Positions 12,401 to 25,758 of a DNA stretch of 64,000 nucleotides are shown in pieces. The stretch spans positions 62,001 to 126,000 of the forward strand of contig MU057477.1 in NCBI GenBank assembly GCA_013265495.1, in the 5' to 3' direction. Source of the DNA: Vicugna vicugna. Its lineage: Eukaryota. Within the stretch, counting starts at the first letter, position 1; each line of letters starts with the position of its first letter. The notes below the pieces were generated by a model. It searched no databases, was not told the DNA's origin, and saw only the letters and a program-made list of their open reading frames with translations. Position numbers and translations under genes: made by a program.

Positions 12401-15400
12401 TATTTTGCCACTCAAGTTGAAAAAAATGACTGTTTTTTTTTTCCAATCAATAGAATAAAAGTGAACTTAAGGGATAGAATTTCACCAGCTAAAAATTTTT
12501 TCCGTAAGTTTTCTTAAGCCTAAGATAACTATCACTGCTTGCCTGACAGAAACAAAAAAACAAGTAGCAAATTAAGACTGTCAAATCTAATAAAGAGCTG
12601 ATTATATTAAGTTTACTCTAAATTTATAATTAGTTTACTCCTTTTTCCTACATTCAAGTTCATGGTTATATTTTTGTTTCACATGCTATTAAATGCATCT
12701 CTGAAGAGTTCACGGTTGATCAGCCTAACATATTTCATTCATTCAAAAACTCAACAGTTCACTAAGTGTCCATTATATGTCAGATATAAGCACTTACTAT
12801 GCTCCTTTGAACTGCAATGCCTGCAATGTAATATATTCAAGACATGATAAGGAAGGGAAGCTCTGGTTGATATTCTCCATTCTAGAACTTAGTCCTGAAC
12901 TACCCACCCATCTGGCTTTCAATTTTCTTGGCTAATTTTGAGCCTTGTTTTCCAATTTCTGCTCTGATATCACATGTTTCTCTTTCTACCACTGCTTTCT
13001 ATGTGAACTCCTGGCTCCACTTTTGTACCCTCACTATACTGCCATCAGGTGCTTTAATAACGTCCCTTCTGGTTCAGTGTAGTCGGGACCTAACACTGGG
13101 AGTCCAGGTGGGAAGGGTCCAGGTGGGATTCTGTCAAATACAATTATGCCTCAGCAAAGTGTTTTTACACATAACAGCCATAGAGAGAATATCTGCTGAA
13201 AATATGATTTTTGATTCAGGCGAAAGATCAAATAGCATTTTCTGGCTTTGCTGAGACTAAAGGATTTAGGCCTTCGTTAAGGAAAGGCTAAAAAGAAGAG
13301 TTTTTTTCTTTTTTTCTTTTTTAATTTCTTTGTAAACAATTTCCAAGAATGCATTTCTGAGAAACCTGGTCAAAAGGAAATACATTTTAGGAACATTTGC
13401 CCATAAAAACAAACAAATAAAATACAACCAAATAAAAAACCTCAAGATACAATTTATTCTATACCTAGGGCTTTTTGTAACAACACACTAGGAAGAGGTG
13501 AGAGGCTGATATCAAACCACTATGGTGGTAATAATGTCAGAGAAATTAGTTTATTGCCATATGTGATTGGACCAAACATGTAGCATATAAATGTGTCCAT
13601 AAAGATATACTCCTAAAGCAAAAGTTCCCTCACAAAGCCATCAGAGCTTGCTAACATTTAAAAAGTTAATTTAATTCCACTTGGTTTTTATTCAATAAAT
13701 ACATTTTAATATTAAAAAGTCAGTTTCCCAGTAGATTTCTCAAACTAGGAAATGTGCAAAATGACATGTTGTGCTAAAATCTTTCTCACAGCAAGTTTCA
13801 TGAAATGCACCTTTTGGCTTATATCCATTTCCTAAGATTACCCCTAGCACAAGAGTAAGTCTCACAAGGTTGAGAAGCAGCCTTTATAATATGCAATCCT
13901 TGTGGCCTTTAAACATCCCTTATGATTACATATATAACCACAACTTTATTTTATTTATTGTGTTGTGATGTGTTCCAGAATAATTCTAAATCATTAACAC
14001 TGCAATAATAAAGACAGTTAAGTTTTAATTTCACCTGAGCTCCTGCCAGAATGGCCTCCTCGTAGATTGCGATAATATTTTCAATAGGACCTGTGATTGG
14101 CTCAAGACGAGCAAGGCATATCCAATATTTAACAAGTTTTTTGGCATCTGGAATGTTTTTAATCAGGTCATTCAGTGTAACCAATACTTCTTCTTTTGGA
14201 CATCCCTAAAATAGCAAGAAATAAAGTGAGTGAAATCTTTTAGCCTACAAATTATGAACAACTAAATAAGCTTACTATAATCAAGAGCAGTGATAAAGCG
14301 AGAAAAAGTGGGTAGGAAATTATTCATAAAATATTCACTATTATCCTCCTCACTCCAAACTTATTCTGAATGGCTAGCAAGAAGCATATCAGTCAAGAGT
14401 AGGAGGCAAGAAAAAAATATTAGTTGAGAAAAATATTATTTAAAAAGTTACTAACACTCTACTTGGTCTTGATGTTTATCCTCACATATTGTGCGATTCT
14501 ATTTGTTAATATTTATTTAGAATTTTTGCACCTACCAAATGCTTATGAGAATAGCTTGCAAGTTTTTTTTTTAAATTATCTTTGTTGGGTTTTGATAGTA
14601 GGATTAAAATGAAGTTGTAATTGTTTAAGTAATTAAGAGCTATATAAGTTAAATAGTGGGGCGGAAAAATTCCATAGTATCACTAAAAAACCCCAGCTGA
14701 GCAGAAATCAGAATAGAATCAGTTTCCCTGACTATAATTTCAGCTGGTCATCAGAACCACAAAAAGTTTAAAGGCGCTTATGAAGCCTGGAGTAAGGTCT
14801 GAAATCGTATTCTGTATGTTCAGTCTTGCTATGGATCATAGACACTAATAAGTGACCAAAGCAAGATTAAAGAGCTGTCAGAAAAAAAATGAAACATTCT
14901 GAAGTTGATTGTCATACTCTACAGAACTCTGGTCCAAATCATAAACTCCTACAGTTCAAGAGCATGATGATGGTGGTTTAGATTAATGGGATTTTGTTTG
15001 CAAATATTTTGGTCAACTTAAATTTAATCTGTAATAATAATGACTCACTAATTTGTGTTGCTGTGGAATAAAATATGGTATGAGTGGTAAAATACGGAAT
15101 GAGTGGGAAAAATAATTTGTAAATATACTGAATGAATGTAAAATAACAGAAGTATCAGAGTGAATATCCACCCCCAGCCCATTCTATATTAACATCTTAG
15201 AGAAATACAATATTTATAACTCAAGTAAAAATCTAGTTTTATCTTTGATATACTTATATGAACTCAAGGAAAACGCAGTCCATTAACATGTTGATCGCCC
15301 ACTGTGGATCGGGTACCCCTGAGGAAACACAACTGTCACCCAGATTTGGGTGACATGATGATCAAAGTGTTAAAGGCTATAGAGAAACAACCCCACAATT

Positions 15401-18400
15401 ACCATTACCTCTACATAACACCGCTGACACATCAATTGGTCAAAAAAGAATGACAACGTAATTTAAAGACAGAATGTTTATGAAGGTAATTTGCAAACTA
15501 TAATCTGCTACACAAACATAAGATAAAGACTCTACCTCATTAACCAGGTTCAGGCATTCAGAAAACGTCTTGTTTACTTTTTCAGTGAACAGTCTTTGTT
15601 CATCTTCTTCTGCCATGGTAGTCCAGAAGGACCCAACTGGCTTTTCATCCTGTCCTTCGGGCTCAGGCTGGGTAACTACTGAGCTCGGAGGCCTTTTCAG
15701 CACTCTTCCTTTGCCAGCTTTCCACTCACTCAGACGAGCTCTACAGTTAGAAGCAGCATAGAAACATTACTGTGATACTGATGATAGAATTCTGTCAAAT
15801 AGAGCAAAAGTTAAACAATAATTTCAGGTCTGTAGGTAGCTCTACGTTGGCGGCACATACATAGTTCACAAGCTTGAAGAAAAAGAAATACTGAACATAT
15901 CAATGTTAATTATATGCTCAAAGACTCCAAGAATGCATTTTTTAAAAGCAGAGGTTATAAAATATTTCACAATTTCATTAAGCATTTTAACTTAGATTAC
16001 ATAAAACCACCTAATGAAACATACTCAAGCCCAGTAACTTAGGACATTCTCTTCCGTGATATAAATTTGCTGAAATTGACCTGCATATGACTGAAGAGAA
16101 TCCATACGCAAAAGGTTCTAATACATTCAAGGAAATGATAAGTCAAATTCATAAATGGTACTAATGAAAATTAAGCCAATAAAATCACACCTACTTACTT
16201 TCTCTCCTCTGCAGTTTCTTTGGGCTTAGCCCATCTGCTGTCAATAGCTGCTTTCACGATCGTATGTCTGCGCTGGTCAATGCTTTTTGACTTTCCTACC
16301 GGTTTAGTATTAGAAGATGCAGCAGGCCTGGCTGCCATTTCAGACGTCATGCTTCTTGACAGTGTCTTATTTTTTTTTATGTCCTGAAAAGAACTAGTTT
16401 TGATACTAGATGGAACTGCCTTTAATTGTAATAATTCTTTCTCACGAGGCCCTTTCCGAATTGTAACATTGGCAGATGGTCTGCTGATGCCTTGTTTCAT
16501 GGCATCTGGGGTATTACTGTGGTGACTTCTAATAGGAGGTCGCACAAGCTGTCTGTTCTGAGATGTAGTGCTCACAAATTTAGTGGCAGTCGTCATATTT
16601 GAGGCTCTGTCACTTTTCACAGTTGCACTGCTGGGGTTTACAGGCTGAGGCTTTGTGGCTTTGGAGACAGTGGCTGAAAGTTCCTTTGTAGTTGCAGAAC
16701 CCTCATCTTTGACCTGTAGAGGTTTTCTAAATGAATTGATCTTAGACTGAACAATTTGGCCACGATAAGATCCAAGCACAGGTTTCTTGGGCACGTTAGC
16801 ATCTTGCTTTGGTTTTTCCGTAGTCGTTTGTTTCTTTTTACTATTGTTTTTAAGGTGATATGCTTGGCTTAATGTCATATGTTGACTTTGGGGGTCATCT
16901 TTTATTGGTAAAGATGTTTGATTATTATCCTCAAAATTATGTGTATCAATTGCTATAGATGAACTGGTTAAATCATTAGAAGGTTTTAAAGGCATACTCT
17001 TTTTTTCCATTATTGTATCATTTTTGATCCCAGTAGGCCTCCCGATATTTTCTTTATCAGCCTAAAAAAGTTATTTGAGACAAATCAGTATTTCAGAACT
17101 CATTTCTTTCAGAAAGCGTTTGGAAAAAACTTTCTTTAGGAAAAAGGGAAAAGGGACTCTTTATGAAGGTTATGTCCATATCTTACCATTTTTGTCTTCA
17201 GTTTCAGAACTTTTGTCTCTTCTTGGATCTGGCCTTCAGATGGCCTCACTCTTTGGTCTCTACTACTTAAAAAAACAACAACAACAAAAAAAAAACTGTA
17301 CCAAGGAAGTTTCCTTTTTGAGGGGAGATATGGGAGGATATTAACAATTATTTTATTTTGTCGTTTTAAATTGAGTTAAGAACGGAGCTGACATTTATTT
17401 GTCTAAGAAAATTTTTCTTTATTATAGGGTGATCTAATAGTATAAACAAGGTGCTTGAGGAATTTTAAAGCTATTTTCTTACAAGTCTTAACACCCTCCT
17501 CCCATAGATTATGTAAACATTTAATAATCTCACTCCAAACCATTCTTCTCTAGTCATTCAAACAAGTCTTCAAAAATCTTTATTAAGCCACAATTTCTTT
17601 GGTTAGTTTTAAGTACTTAGACCAGACTTACTTGAAAAAAAATTTTTAAATAGCTCTCCCAAAAGAGATCTAAAATTTTCCATGCACACATTCACAACTT
17701 AATTTATCAATTAATGTGGAGTTTAGTTTCTAGATGGCATTGCATTTAGAATATATATCCAAAACAAAGGCTTCTTTAAGAATTTAACCTAAACTCCTTT
17801 TTACAGATATAGGCTGGTTAGTACAGGCTGTGAGAATCTCTTAGCAAGTGATTTGTGTATTCCATGAAGAAAGGAAAAAAACAGGGTCAATTGGATATGC
17901 CATTGATTCTAAGGCAGATTCCGAGTTCAGAGACGCTAAAATGTGAACAAAATGTACATTTTAGAGTCAACAAAATTTGCTCTCAATAGTTGACAACTTG
18001 GGTTACACTCCCTTTCACATCTATGTGCTCATGCTTAGTCTTCTTGGAGAATGGGCAGAACTTTGACACAGCTTGTGCTACACGTTTGAGTGATGGCAGG
18101 TAAGGGTCAAGATGTGCCACCGAACAGGGCATACTGGTAGCTCTCTTCTGAGTCTAGGTGCGTCTTATTTCTCCCAGGCATGCCAGCCGCCCAGAGCATA
18201 GCAATGTCTCCCCAGTCTAAGCACCTGCATTCACTACCTGATGGCAAACAGTCCTCCTCTTATTCCCGGGCCTGCTGTCTGACAGGAGTGGGAGGAGTGA
18301 TGCTCCGCGTCCACCTGCCAGTCTCCTCCCAAACAGGCGCCGGAACTAATCAGGGCCCCACTGATCTCCCTCCGCTTCTCTTACTTCTGGGCTTACAGTA

Positions 18401-20336
18401 CACTGGGAAGTTACCTCACTGGGAAGATGAGAAGCAATCTCAAGAATCAGCCCATCTTTCCTCTACCAAAGACTAGCAGCCTGTTTGCCTCTGTGTCCAT
18501 CCACTCTACCTGCCTTCTAACAGTTGAACTGACACAGGCTGGTCCAGCGTCACACTCTCCACATGTGCTCTCCCTCGTGGCTACTCAGGGATTTTGTTCC
18601 TATGATTTAAGGAGTTTCGCTAGAGTGGTGGGACTTATTCCTGACAGACACAGGCTGAGGAGGGAATGGAACGTGGCAACATGGAGACAGTGCATGCAGA
18701 TAGCTCATTTTGAGGAGTTTTGCTGTAAAGGAAAGAGAAATGGGGCAGCAGCTGAAAGGAAATGTGAGGCTTAAGGCTTTTTTAGATGAGATATAATACA
18801 TAGTGTTTCTATGCTGATGGGAATGACTTAGTTGAGGGACACATTAATGATGCAGAAGAATGAGTAAACAATCATAGGAACGAAGTCCCTGAGTAGCCAA
18901 GAGGGAGAGCACACGTGGAGAGTGTCAGATCTCTTTAGCTGCCTTTAATCTGGAACATTCAAGATCATCTTTAACACCATTCTTTCTTTTACATCCCATA
19001 TATAATCCATCACCAAGTCCTGACAGCTTTATCCCCTAAATACAGGCAGAATCTGAGTACTTTCTACCACCGGGAAGGGTCTGAAGCATTCATAATGACA
19101 ACTATATCAATAAATAAAGTACCTAACATAAATGCAAATTAAAATACTGGATTCAATAAAATATAATTAAAATTCATTTCATGTTAAACTTTAAAAATGT
19201 GTCTACTAGAAAATTTTAAATTACACACGTGGCTCACATTACACTTTTATTGGACAGGTTCGATGTAATTTGACAGATGTACAATGAAAAAATTTGACCT
19301 CACCTGGATAATATCGGGTTTTCCTGTTTGTATGCAAAAAATGTTTTTCTTTTTAACAGATGCTCCTTGAGTTTTTGTCTTCTTTGCTCTAAATAAGAGT
19401 GACAGGTAAGCATCAGTTACAATAATAACATCAAATAAAATATTGACTAGATGAAGATTTTTACTTCGAAAAATGTTCTATTTGAGATCACATCTTGTAT
19501 ATAAGACAATTTCCCAAGTCAGTACTGCCCTTTGAGAAGTAATCCCATTTTCAAGTGACTATTACTAGAAAAGGTCCCAATAACCACTCTGCACAAGAAT
19601 CACATTCTCTACTGTCTAAAAGTGAAAAATTTGGAGAACATCATTTTCAACACGCAGTTCCTGAAAGTCAAGATTTAAGAAACTTTACATAGTAGAGACG
19701 AGATACTAGACTCCAAGTTCTAATTTTCCAGAATTGGGTGAGAATTTCTTCCTTGTTTTCCCATGCGTAGGACAAAAAAATGCCTGTCATTTCTGAAGGC
19801 CTGGCCAACCCCAGATTTTTATAAACTCAAAGGCGAATGTGTTAACTTTGAAGCATCAGATGAAATTCACTCCCGACCCGGGAGGCGGGAGAGTCCTGCG
19901 CAGGCGCGGTCAGCTCCCGACGCGGATGCGGCCCCGCCCCCACGGGCACTGAACCCCAACGCGGGTCCCCGCACACTCCCGGTCGCTAAACGGATTCCCG
20001 CACCGCAGGCCCGTCTCCGCCGCCAGTGGGCAGCGGCCGCAGAGGAGGCACTCAACCGGGACAGGAACAGCACGGCACGGGCATCATTCCGATTGTTCAT
20101 TTCACAAAGGCCGAGAACTGGGCCGCGAGGGGCCAAGCGTCCGCAAAACTGGACGGGGCTAAGGCCCTGACCGCTGTGCCCGGGCCATCCCCCGCAGCCG
20201 CCCCCGGCCCCTCCGGCAAACCACCCGCCTGCCGGCTCGCGCAGCTCCCGCCCCCGCGGCCCTCACCTCTGAACGCGGACTGGGCCCTCTGACTCGGGGG
20301 CAGCTGCAGGTCCTGGGGCACGGCTGGGGTGCTCAT
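9158..20336 (-). CDS. CKAP2: CKAP2 (cytoskeleton-associated protein 2/TMAP), complete; complement(join(9158..9413,9906..10161,12177..12243,14035..14205,15536..15740,16199..17061,17187..17265,19304..19388,20267..20336)), 683 aa using the most upstream exon 3 acceptor
   Basis: Starts MSTPAVPQDLQLPPSQRAQSAFR; KEN box (ADKENI); RLSEWKAGKGRVLKRPP; CKAP2_C-type segment (KYWICLARLE...PIEEMR); C-terminal FLTPVRRSRRL; TGA at 9158-9160. Exon lengths sum to 2052 nt = 684 codons with consistent phases. Confidence 0.96.
9906..10161 (-). CDS. CKAP2: CKAP2 exon 8
   Basis: GNNEEACETKEQIQ...VKTPKTETRASCLIKYNVSTTPYLQ; ctttctatag| ... |gtaaa. Confidence 0.93.
12177..12243 (-). CDS. CKAP2: CKAP2 exon 7
   Basis: PIEEMRRAIVDILTMKNQEKVK; donor G|gtaagt. 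Confidence 0.9.
14035..14205 (-). CDS. CKAP2: CKAP2 exon 6
   Basis: GCPKEEVLVTLNDLIKNIPDAKKLVKYWICLARLEPITGPIENIIAIYEEAILAGAQ. Confidence 0.95.
15536..15740 (-). CDS. CKAP2: CKAP2 exon 5
   Basis: ARLSEWKAGKGRVLKRPP...[32 protein letters not shown]. Confidence 0.95.
16199..17061 (-). CDS. CKAP2: CKAP2 exon 4 (863 nt)
   Basis: ADKENIGRPTGIKND...VLGSYRGQIVQSKINSFRKP...ETAEERK; overlaps the 271-aa ORF 16195..17010. Confidence 0.96.
17187..17265 (-). CDS. CKAP2: CKAP2 exon 3 (alternative starts 17265, 17262, 17259)
   Basis: (S)SRDQRVRPSEGQIQEETKVLKLKTKM; tandem acceptors aag|tag|tag|; donor |gtaaga. Confidence 0.9.
19304..19388 (-). CDS. CKAP2: CKAP2 exon 2
   Basis: EQRRQKLKEHLLKRKTFFAYKQENPILS; tatttag| ... 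|gtgagg. Confidence 0.93.
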
Positions 20337-20640
20337 CGCAGCTCTGGGCTGGGGGATGCGCCACCCGCTTCACCGCACCGACTCCCTCCTGCCGGTGCAG
20401 CCGCACACTGTCGCTCCGCGCTCGGACCTCGGCCCCAAACTGCGCGGCCGCCGCCTCCGCCCATTGGTGCCCGGCGTGAATTGAATGGACCAATGGGAGA
20501 AGGGGGGCGGGGGCTGGGCTGCGGTTGCCGGGGCGGGGCTTGCGTCTGCCTAGTTCAGTTAGGACTTGTCTGGACTGAGTCCCTAAATTTTCAAATCCAA
20601 ACGGCGCTCTTGGTCCTGGACTTGCGGCATGGGAGGAGTC
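19860..20640 (-). promoter_or_regulatory. CKAP2: CKAP2 CpG island / G2-M-type promoter
   Basis: Two CCAAT boxes (ATTGG 20463-20467, CCAAT 20490-20494), GC boxes near 20503 and 20531, MYB-like CAGTTA near 20556, CHR-like TTCAAA at 20590-20595; no TATA. Confidence 0.8.
20267..20336 (-). CDS. CKAP2: CKAP2 exon 1 (coding part)
   Basis: MSTPAVPQDLQLPPSQRAQSAFR; donor G|gtgagg. Confidence 0.93.
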
Positions 20641-21719
20641 GGCCTACTGAGTCCCTGCTAAGTAGCAGATAGGTCTTGTCTTAGACGGTCACAGTGCCTT
20701 GAGGAAGAAAAGCATTGTTTTCTGTTTTGTGAGGAGGAGGAGGAGGATTACAAGCACCGACAACTGTACCGAGAGCACGTGTATTTCTCGTTCACAAATA
20801 TTGCTTCACTGCCGCATCACAGCTCTGAAGTGGGAAGTTATCTGTTTCACAGATAAGGTGACAGGCTCAGAAGTTATTTATCCACGTTGGCGCAGATTGC
20901 AAAGGGGAACTGAAGTTAGGGTCTATTTTCCTCTGTATTACTCAATTATCAGACCCGAAAAAGAAAGGAAAGGGTAAAATGGGATAGACTCTTCTTTTAT
21001 AATCTCCTGCGTAGATAAACTAGCATTTGTCGTAGACATTTTGTGTGTCTATGCGTTTAAGTGTGCTTCCATACTCTCAGTTCTCATCTAAAAATACCAC
21101 CTTCAGAAAACCTTCGCAAACACCCAATGAACGTGACTTGAAATAATTCAGAGCTAGAAGTTTTGTGGGTGGTGCGGGGGACGGATAGGGAGAGTTCTGG
21201 ACTGTTTCTTTTTGGTTTTGAGTACAGGAATCATAGCATTTCTCTGCCTTGCTTGATCACTGAGGCTAGGTTGCAACGCACAGTTTCAGTCAGATTTTAA
21301 AGGTGGCGGGGGGTGGGGGGTGTTCAATTTCTATCTCCCCTGCCCAGCTGTGAGGGCCTCTACAGTTGTCTCTCAACTGTGGTCAGTTTTTCCCCTGTCT
21401 TTCTGTTTTTTTTCTTCAGGCATTTTATGGTAGCATCTAGCTAGTAAGAAGTTAGTTTGGAATATTCTGTAGTTTTTTTCTTGATGAAATGTCCCATTTT
21501 CAGTGTAACCTTGCCTACTTTTCAGACCAACTTTGGAAGAACCAATAGCCAAGCAGCACCTGTCACCATTCCTAAGACATCATTGCTGTTTAGATACTAC
21601 TGTTAATTTTGTTGTTTATTTGCCAAAGTTTCATCAGACACTTTGGGTAACCAGGGATTCCCATTGAGTGACAAAGAACTTTAGCAAATAGAACAGTTAA
21701 AAAGTGACTCAAGAACCTC

Positions 21720-22230
21720 CAGATCATTATGCTAAGTGGAAGAAGCCAGCCACAAGAGGTCACACACATGGTATGATTCCATTTATATGAAATATTCAGG
21801 ATAGATAGATCCATAGAGACATAGCACAGTTTGGTGGCTGCTAGGGGCTAGGGTTGGGGGAAATGGAGAGAGACCAGTTAACAGGTAAGGGACAGAGACT
21901 AATACATATTTTCTATCTCACAATGGATGCATCTCAAAAAAAAAGGCATTATATTTAAGAAGTCAGATACAAAGGACTACATATCTTATGATTCCATTTC
22001 TAGAATGAAATTCTAGAAAAGGCAAAACAATAGGGAAAGAAAGCAGATCAGTGGTTCTCAGAGGCCAGGAAGTTGGGGGAGGAGGTTGAATATAAAGGGG
22101 CCCTAGGAAACTTTTTGGGGTGATGATAATATTCTATATATGATAACTGTATATATAATTGTAGTAAAAACTCATCAAATTGCATACTTAAAAACTGTCA
22201 AGTTTTATTGTACATAAATTATATCTAAGT
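21720..22230 (+). mobile_element. Old L1 (L1MB/ME-type) 3' fragments
   Basis: ATTATGCTAAGTGGAAGAAGCCAG, TATGATTCCATTTATATGAAAT, GAAAGCAGATCAGTGGTT motifs. Confidence 0.65.
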
Positions 22231-24049
22231 AGATAAAAGAACCCAAAAGAGAAGGAGGAAGGAAAGATGGAAGGAAGCAAGGAAAGAAGTTGTGCCCAAC
22301 TGCATTTTTGGATAAGATTTTCAATGTGTTAAGAAAGTATTCCCTTATTCCGAAGATTATGTTTTAAATTAGGAATAGATGTTGAATTGTGTCGAATGTC
22401 TTTTACTATTTCTTTGATGATCATTTAATTTTCTTCTGTGATCTATTAATTGGTTAAATTTTGATAATAGATTTCCTAATATTGAATTATATTTACACTC
22501 TTAGGATAAACTGCACTTGGGTTGTTCTATACCATTCTTTTAATATTCTGTTTATTTTTGCTAATATTTCCTATAAGCTTTTGCAGGCATATTAATGTGA
22601 CACTTTTCTATATACTCTATTAGAGCATTTCTGTTGAGTTTTGGAATAAATGATTTTCTGGCTTCATAAAAGGAATTTGGAACCTTTTCGTTTTTTGTGC
22701 CCTGGAAAAGTTTAAGTGGTAAATAATTATTTGTTCTGTCAAGCTTTAAAAGAATTTACCCATGAAACTGTTTGATCCTGAAGTGTTTTCTGTTTTTATT
22801 TGCTTGTTTGTTTTTGTAACTCTTTGATAACTTTCTCAAGTTTAAAAATCCTTTTCTGGGATTAATCTGAACATTCATATTCTCCAAACACCCACTGCAT
22901 TCGAGTTTTCATATTCATTTGCACAGGGCTTTGCAAAATTATGTGATTAAAAATGAATGAGAATCACAGGCTTTCAATCTGAGTTCATATCACTTACAGG
23001 GTCTCCAATAAGTGACCATGCAGCCTGTATTCTCACGCAGCCTGTATTCTCACGCAGCCTGGAAAAGGAATTGATGACTTTCAGAGGCAGCCCTTTCCCA
23101 TCTTGGAATTGCCAAGTAAGATTAAAGCATTTAATGGTCAAAACTCACCACCCTGAAACTCATATCATAGAAATGGTCTCTGGAAAGGACATCAAGAAAT
23201 GATCTGGAGCAGATAAGGCTTATATACGATAGACGCTTTGTGTCAATTTTTTTTTTTAATGACAATTTTATTTTTACAAGTAAGAAAGACCAAAGGCGCT
23301 CCCGGTTGCTAAGCTTGGATGAAAGGTCTTAATTTTTGCCAGTTGAAAAAGCAGGCGCAAACCTGAGAAAAGGAAAAAAAATTCTTAGCATTTGTTTTAC
23401 TCCAGGGTTATGTTGGCTCCACCTAAGTGTATTCAGCTGAAAAGGAAATTTTGAGAAAATCATTGTTATTGTTTCTAATCCCCAAACTCCTCAAATAAAA
23501 CTTTTATCAGAGGATAATTTGTGTAATTAGTCTCAGTTCACGGCTACCAAGATGAGCAATTTCTAATGTTCACTTTTCATCATTTCTTCTTTAAGAAAAC
23601 CAAAAGGTGACAGAGAAAAAGTCTACTGCAAATGTGGTGGACCTCTTAGATTCAGTTTATTTGCACACAGATGGATTTCTCTCAAAGACCTACAAAAGAT
23701 GAAGGAATTGTAAAGTAAGACGCAGAGAGCTGCCTAAGGGCCTGGATATCCCCACACCGCAGTCACTGATGAGGTGTGTCCTTCGGCCAGTTTGTGAGCA
23801 GCTGTTTGAGGTTGTTCCTTATCTTGCAGGCTTTGAAAGTATCTTTTCAACATCAAGTCTGAAACATGCCACTTGTTTTTGACCCACTCAAGTACAACAT
23901 CAGTACTATTATTACTTATTTCTTTGCCTATTAAGAAATGGATATTACTTCTGTTCTATTAAGGCCAAATGAAAAGCATTTTCTTCAACTGGTAGCTCAG
24001 AAGTCAACAAAAAGGAACAGCAAACAAGGTACTGGATCCTCCTTTTTGG

Positions 24050-24975
24050 TTTTTGTTTTTTTTTTAACACGTAAAACAATTCAAGTATAACTGAATATAA
24101 CATTATATTTAGTTTCAGACGTACAATATAATGATTTGATATTAGTATATACTGCAAAATGACCACCCCAATAAGTCTAATTAATATTAGTCACCATACA
24201 CAGTTACAAAATTTTTTTCTTGTAATAAGGAATTTTAAGATTTACTCTCTTAGCAACTTTCAAATATGGAATATAATATTGTAAATTATAGTCATTGTGC
24301 TGTCCCCATGACATTTATTTTATAACTGAAAGTTTGTACTTTTTGATCCTCTTCATCTATTTTGCGCACTCCCCACCCCCACCTCTGGGAACCATCAATT
24401 GGTTGTCTCTGTTTTTTGAGGGATTCCATACATAAATGAGATAATATAGTGTTTGTCTTTCTCTATCTGATTTATTTCACTTACGTAATGCCCTCAAGGC
24501 CCATCCATGTTGTTGGAATGGCAAAATCTCATCCTTTCTAGTAGCTGTATAATATTCCACTGTGTGTGTGTGTATGTGTGTGTACACTACATTTTCTTCA
24601 TTCATCCATTGGTGAACACCTAGGTTGTTTCCATATTTCCATATCATGGCTATTATAAACAATGCTGCAGCAAACATTGAGGTGCATGTATCTTTTTGAA
24701 TAAATGTTTTTGTTTTTTTCAGATAAATACCTAAAAGTGGAATTGTTGGATCATATTATAGTTCTATATTTAATTTTTTGAGGAACCTCCATACCATTTT
24801 CCATAGTGGCTGCAGCAGTTTCCCACCAACAGCACACAAGGGTTCCCTTTTCTCCACATCCTTGCCAACACTTGTTATTTGCTGTCCTGTTGATAAAAAC
24901 CATTCTGACAGTGTGAGGTGATAGCTCATTGTGATTTTGATTTGTTTCCCTGATGATTAGTGATGTTGAGACTCT
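24050..24975 (-). mobile_element. L1 3' end (3'UTR plus ORF2 C-terminal remnant)
   Basis: T-rich tail at 24050-24065; ORF remnants MFAAALFIIA and [18 protein letters not shown] resemble the L1 ORF2 C-terminus. Confidence 0.85.
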
Positions 24976-25758
24976 TCTTTTTAATGAAAGTGGCAATGTT
25001 CTCTGGAGGCAAAAGCACATCTTGTGGAGGTTCCAACCACAAAATCCACCCAGCACTCAGCTTCTGTGTCCACATACTCCACTCCTCTCTGCTCAGAAAG
25101 CTCTTTGATTCTCTCCTGTGCAGTCTCTCTCAATCAAGGACGTCACTCAACCAAGTCTCCCCCCGCCCTATATCTTATCAAATGTTTGCCGTCAATCACT
25201 GCTATCAGCATTCAAACATACAATTATTTCTTCCACTTTAAAAACAAACCAACCATACTCTCTCTCATCCTTACTTCCCCTTCTGTTTCTGAGCACAAGA
25301 ACCAATCCATTTCTTTGCTCTCCTTTGTAGCAAAATTCCTCAAAATGGTTATCTATGTTCCCTGTCTATGTGTCCTCTCCTCTTCTTCTCTTTTAAAATC
25401 ATTCCACAAAGACTTCTTCCATCACTCCTCTGGGTCCATTCTTGCCAGGGCCACCCATATGTCCACGTGGTAAAAGCAGTGGTCAGTCCTCGGTCCCCAC
25501 TGTGCCTGACCCATCAGCGGAATTGTCACAGACTCCCTTTCCTTCCCCCTGTACCCTATCCTAGCTCAGCTTCCAGACTCTACACTCTGCTGCTTGTCTT
25601 CCTACCTCACTAGCAGCTCCTTCCCCGTCTCCTTTTCTGTGCCCTTCCCTCCCCTGAACTGTGTTAAGCTGGTCTAAATGAATTTTCCTATGCTTTTGAG
25701 TGGAGGCTGCCCAAGTTCATACCGTATTAGCCACGCTTCAGGATGGTGATTTTCTTTT

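Noticed and set aside
15334..15355. 9-bp perfect hairpin TGTCACCCA-GATT-TGGGTGACA (and an 8-bp one at 1323-1346)
   Set aside because: Too short for a pre-miRNA, no snoRNA boxes, and close to chance expectation in 64 kb
23247..23700. Minus-strand AATAAA followed by A11, resembling a processed-pseudogene 3' end
   Set aside because: No TSD found, no ORF or recognisable parent gene upstream, signal-to-tail spacing short; a BLAST search would be needed to revive it
24477..25613. Cluster of 66-149 aa ORFs between CKAP2 and VPS36
   Set aside because: Derived from degenerate L1 ORF2/3'UTR and L2-like sequence
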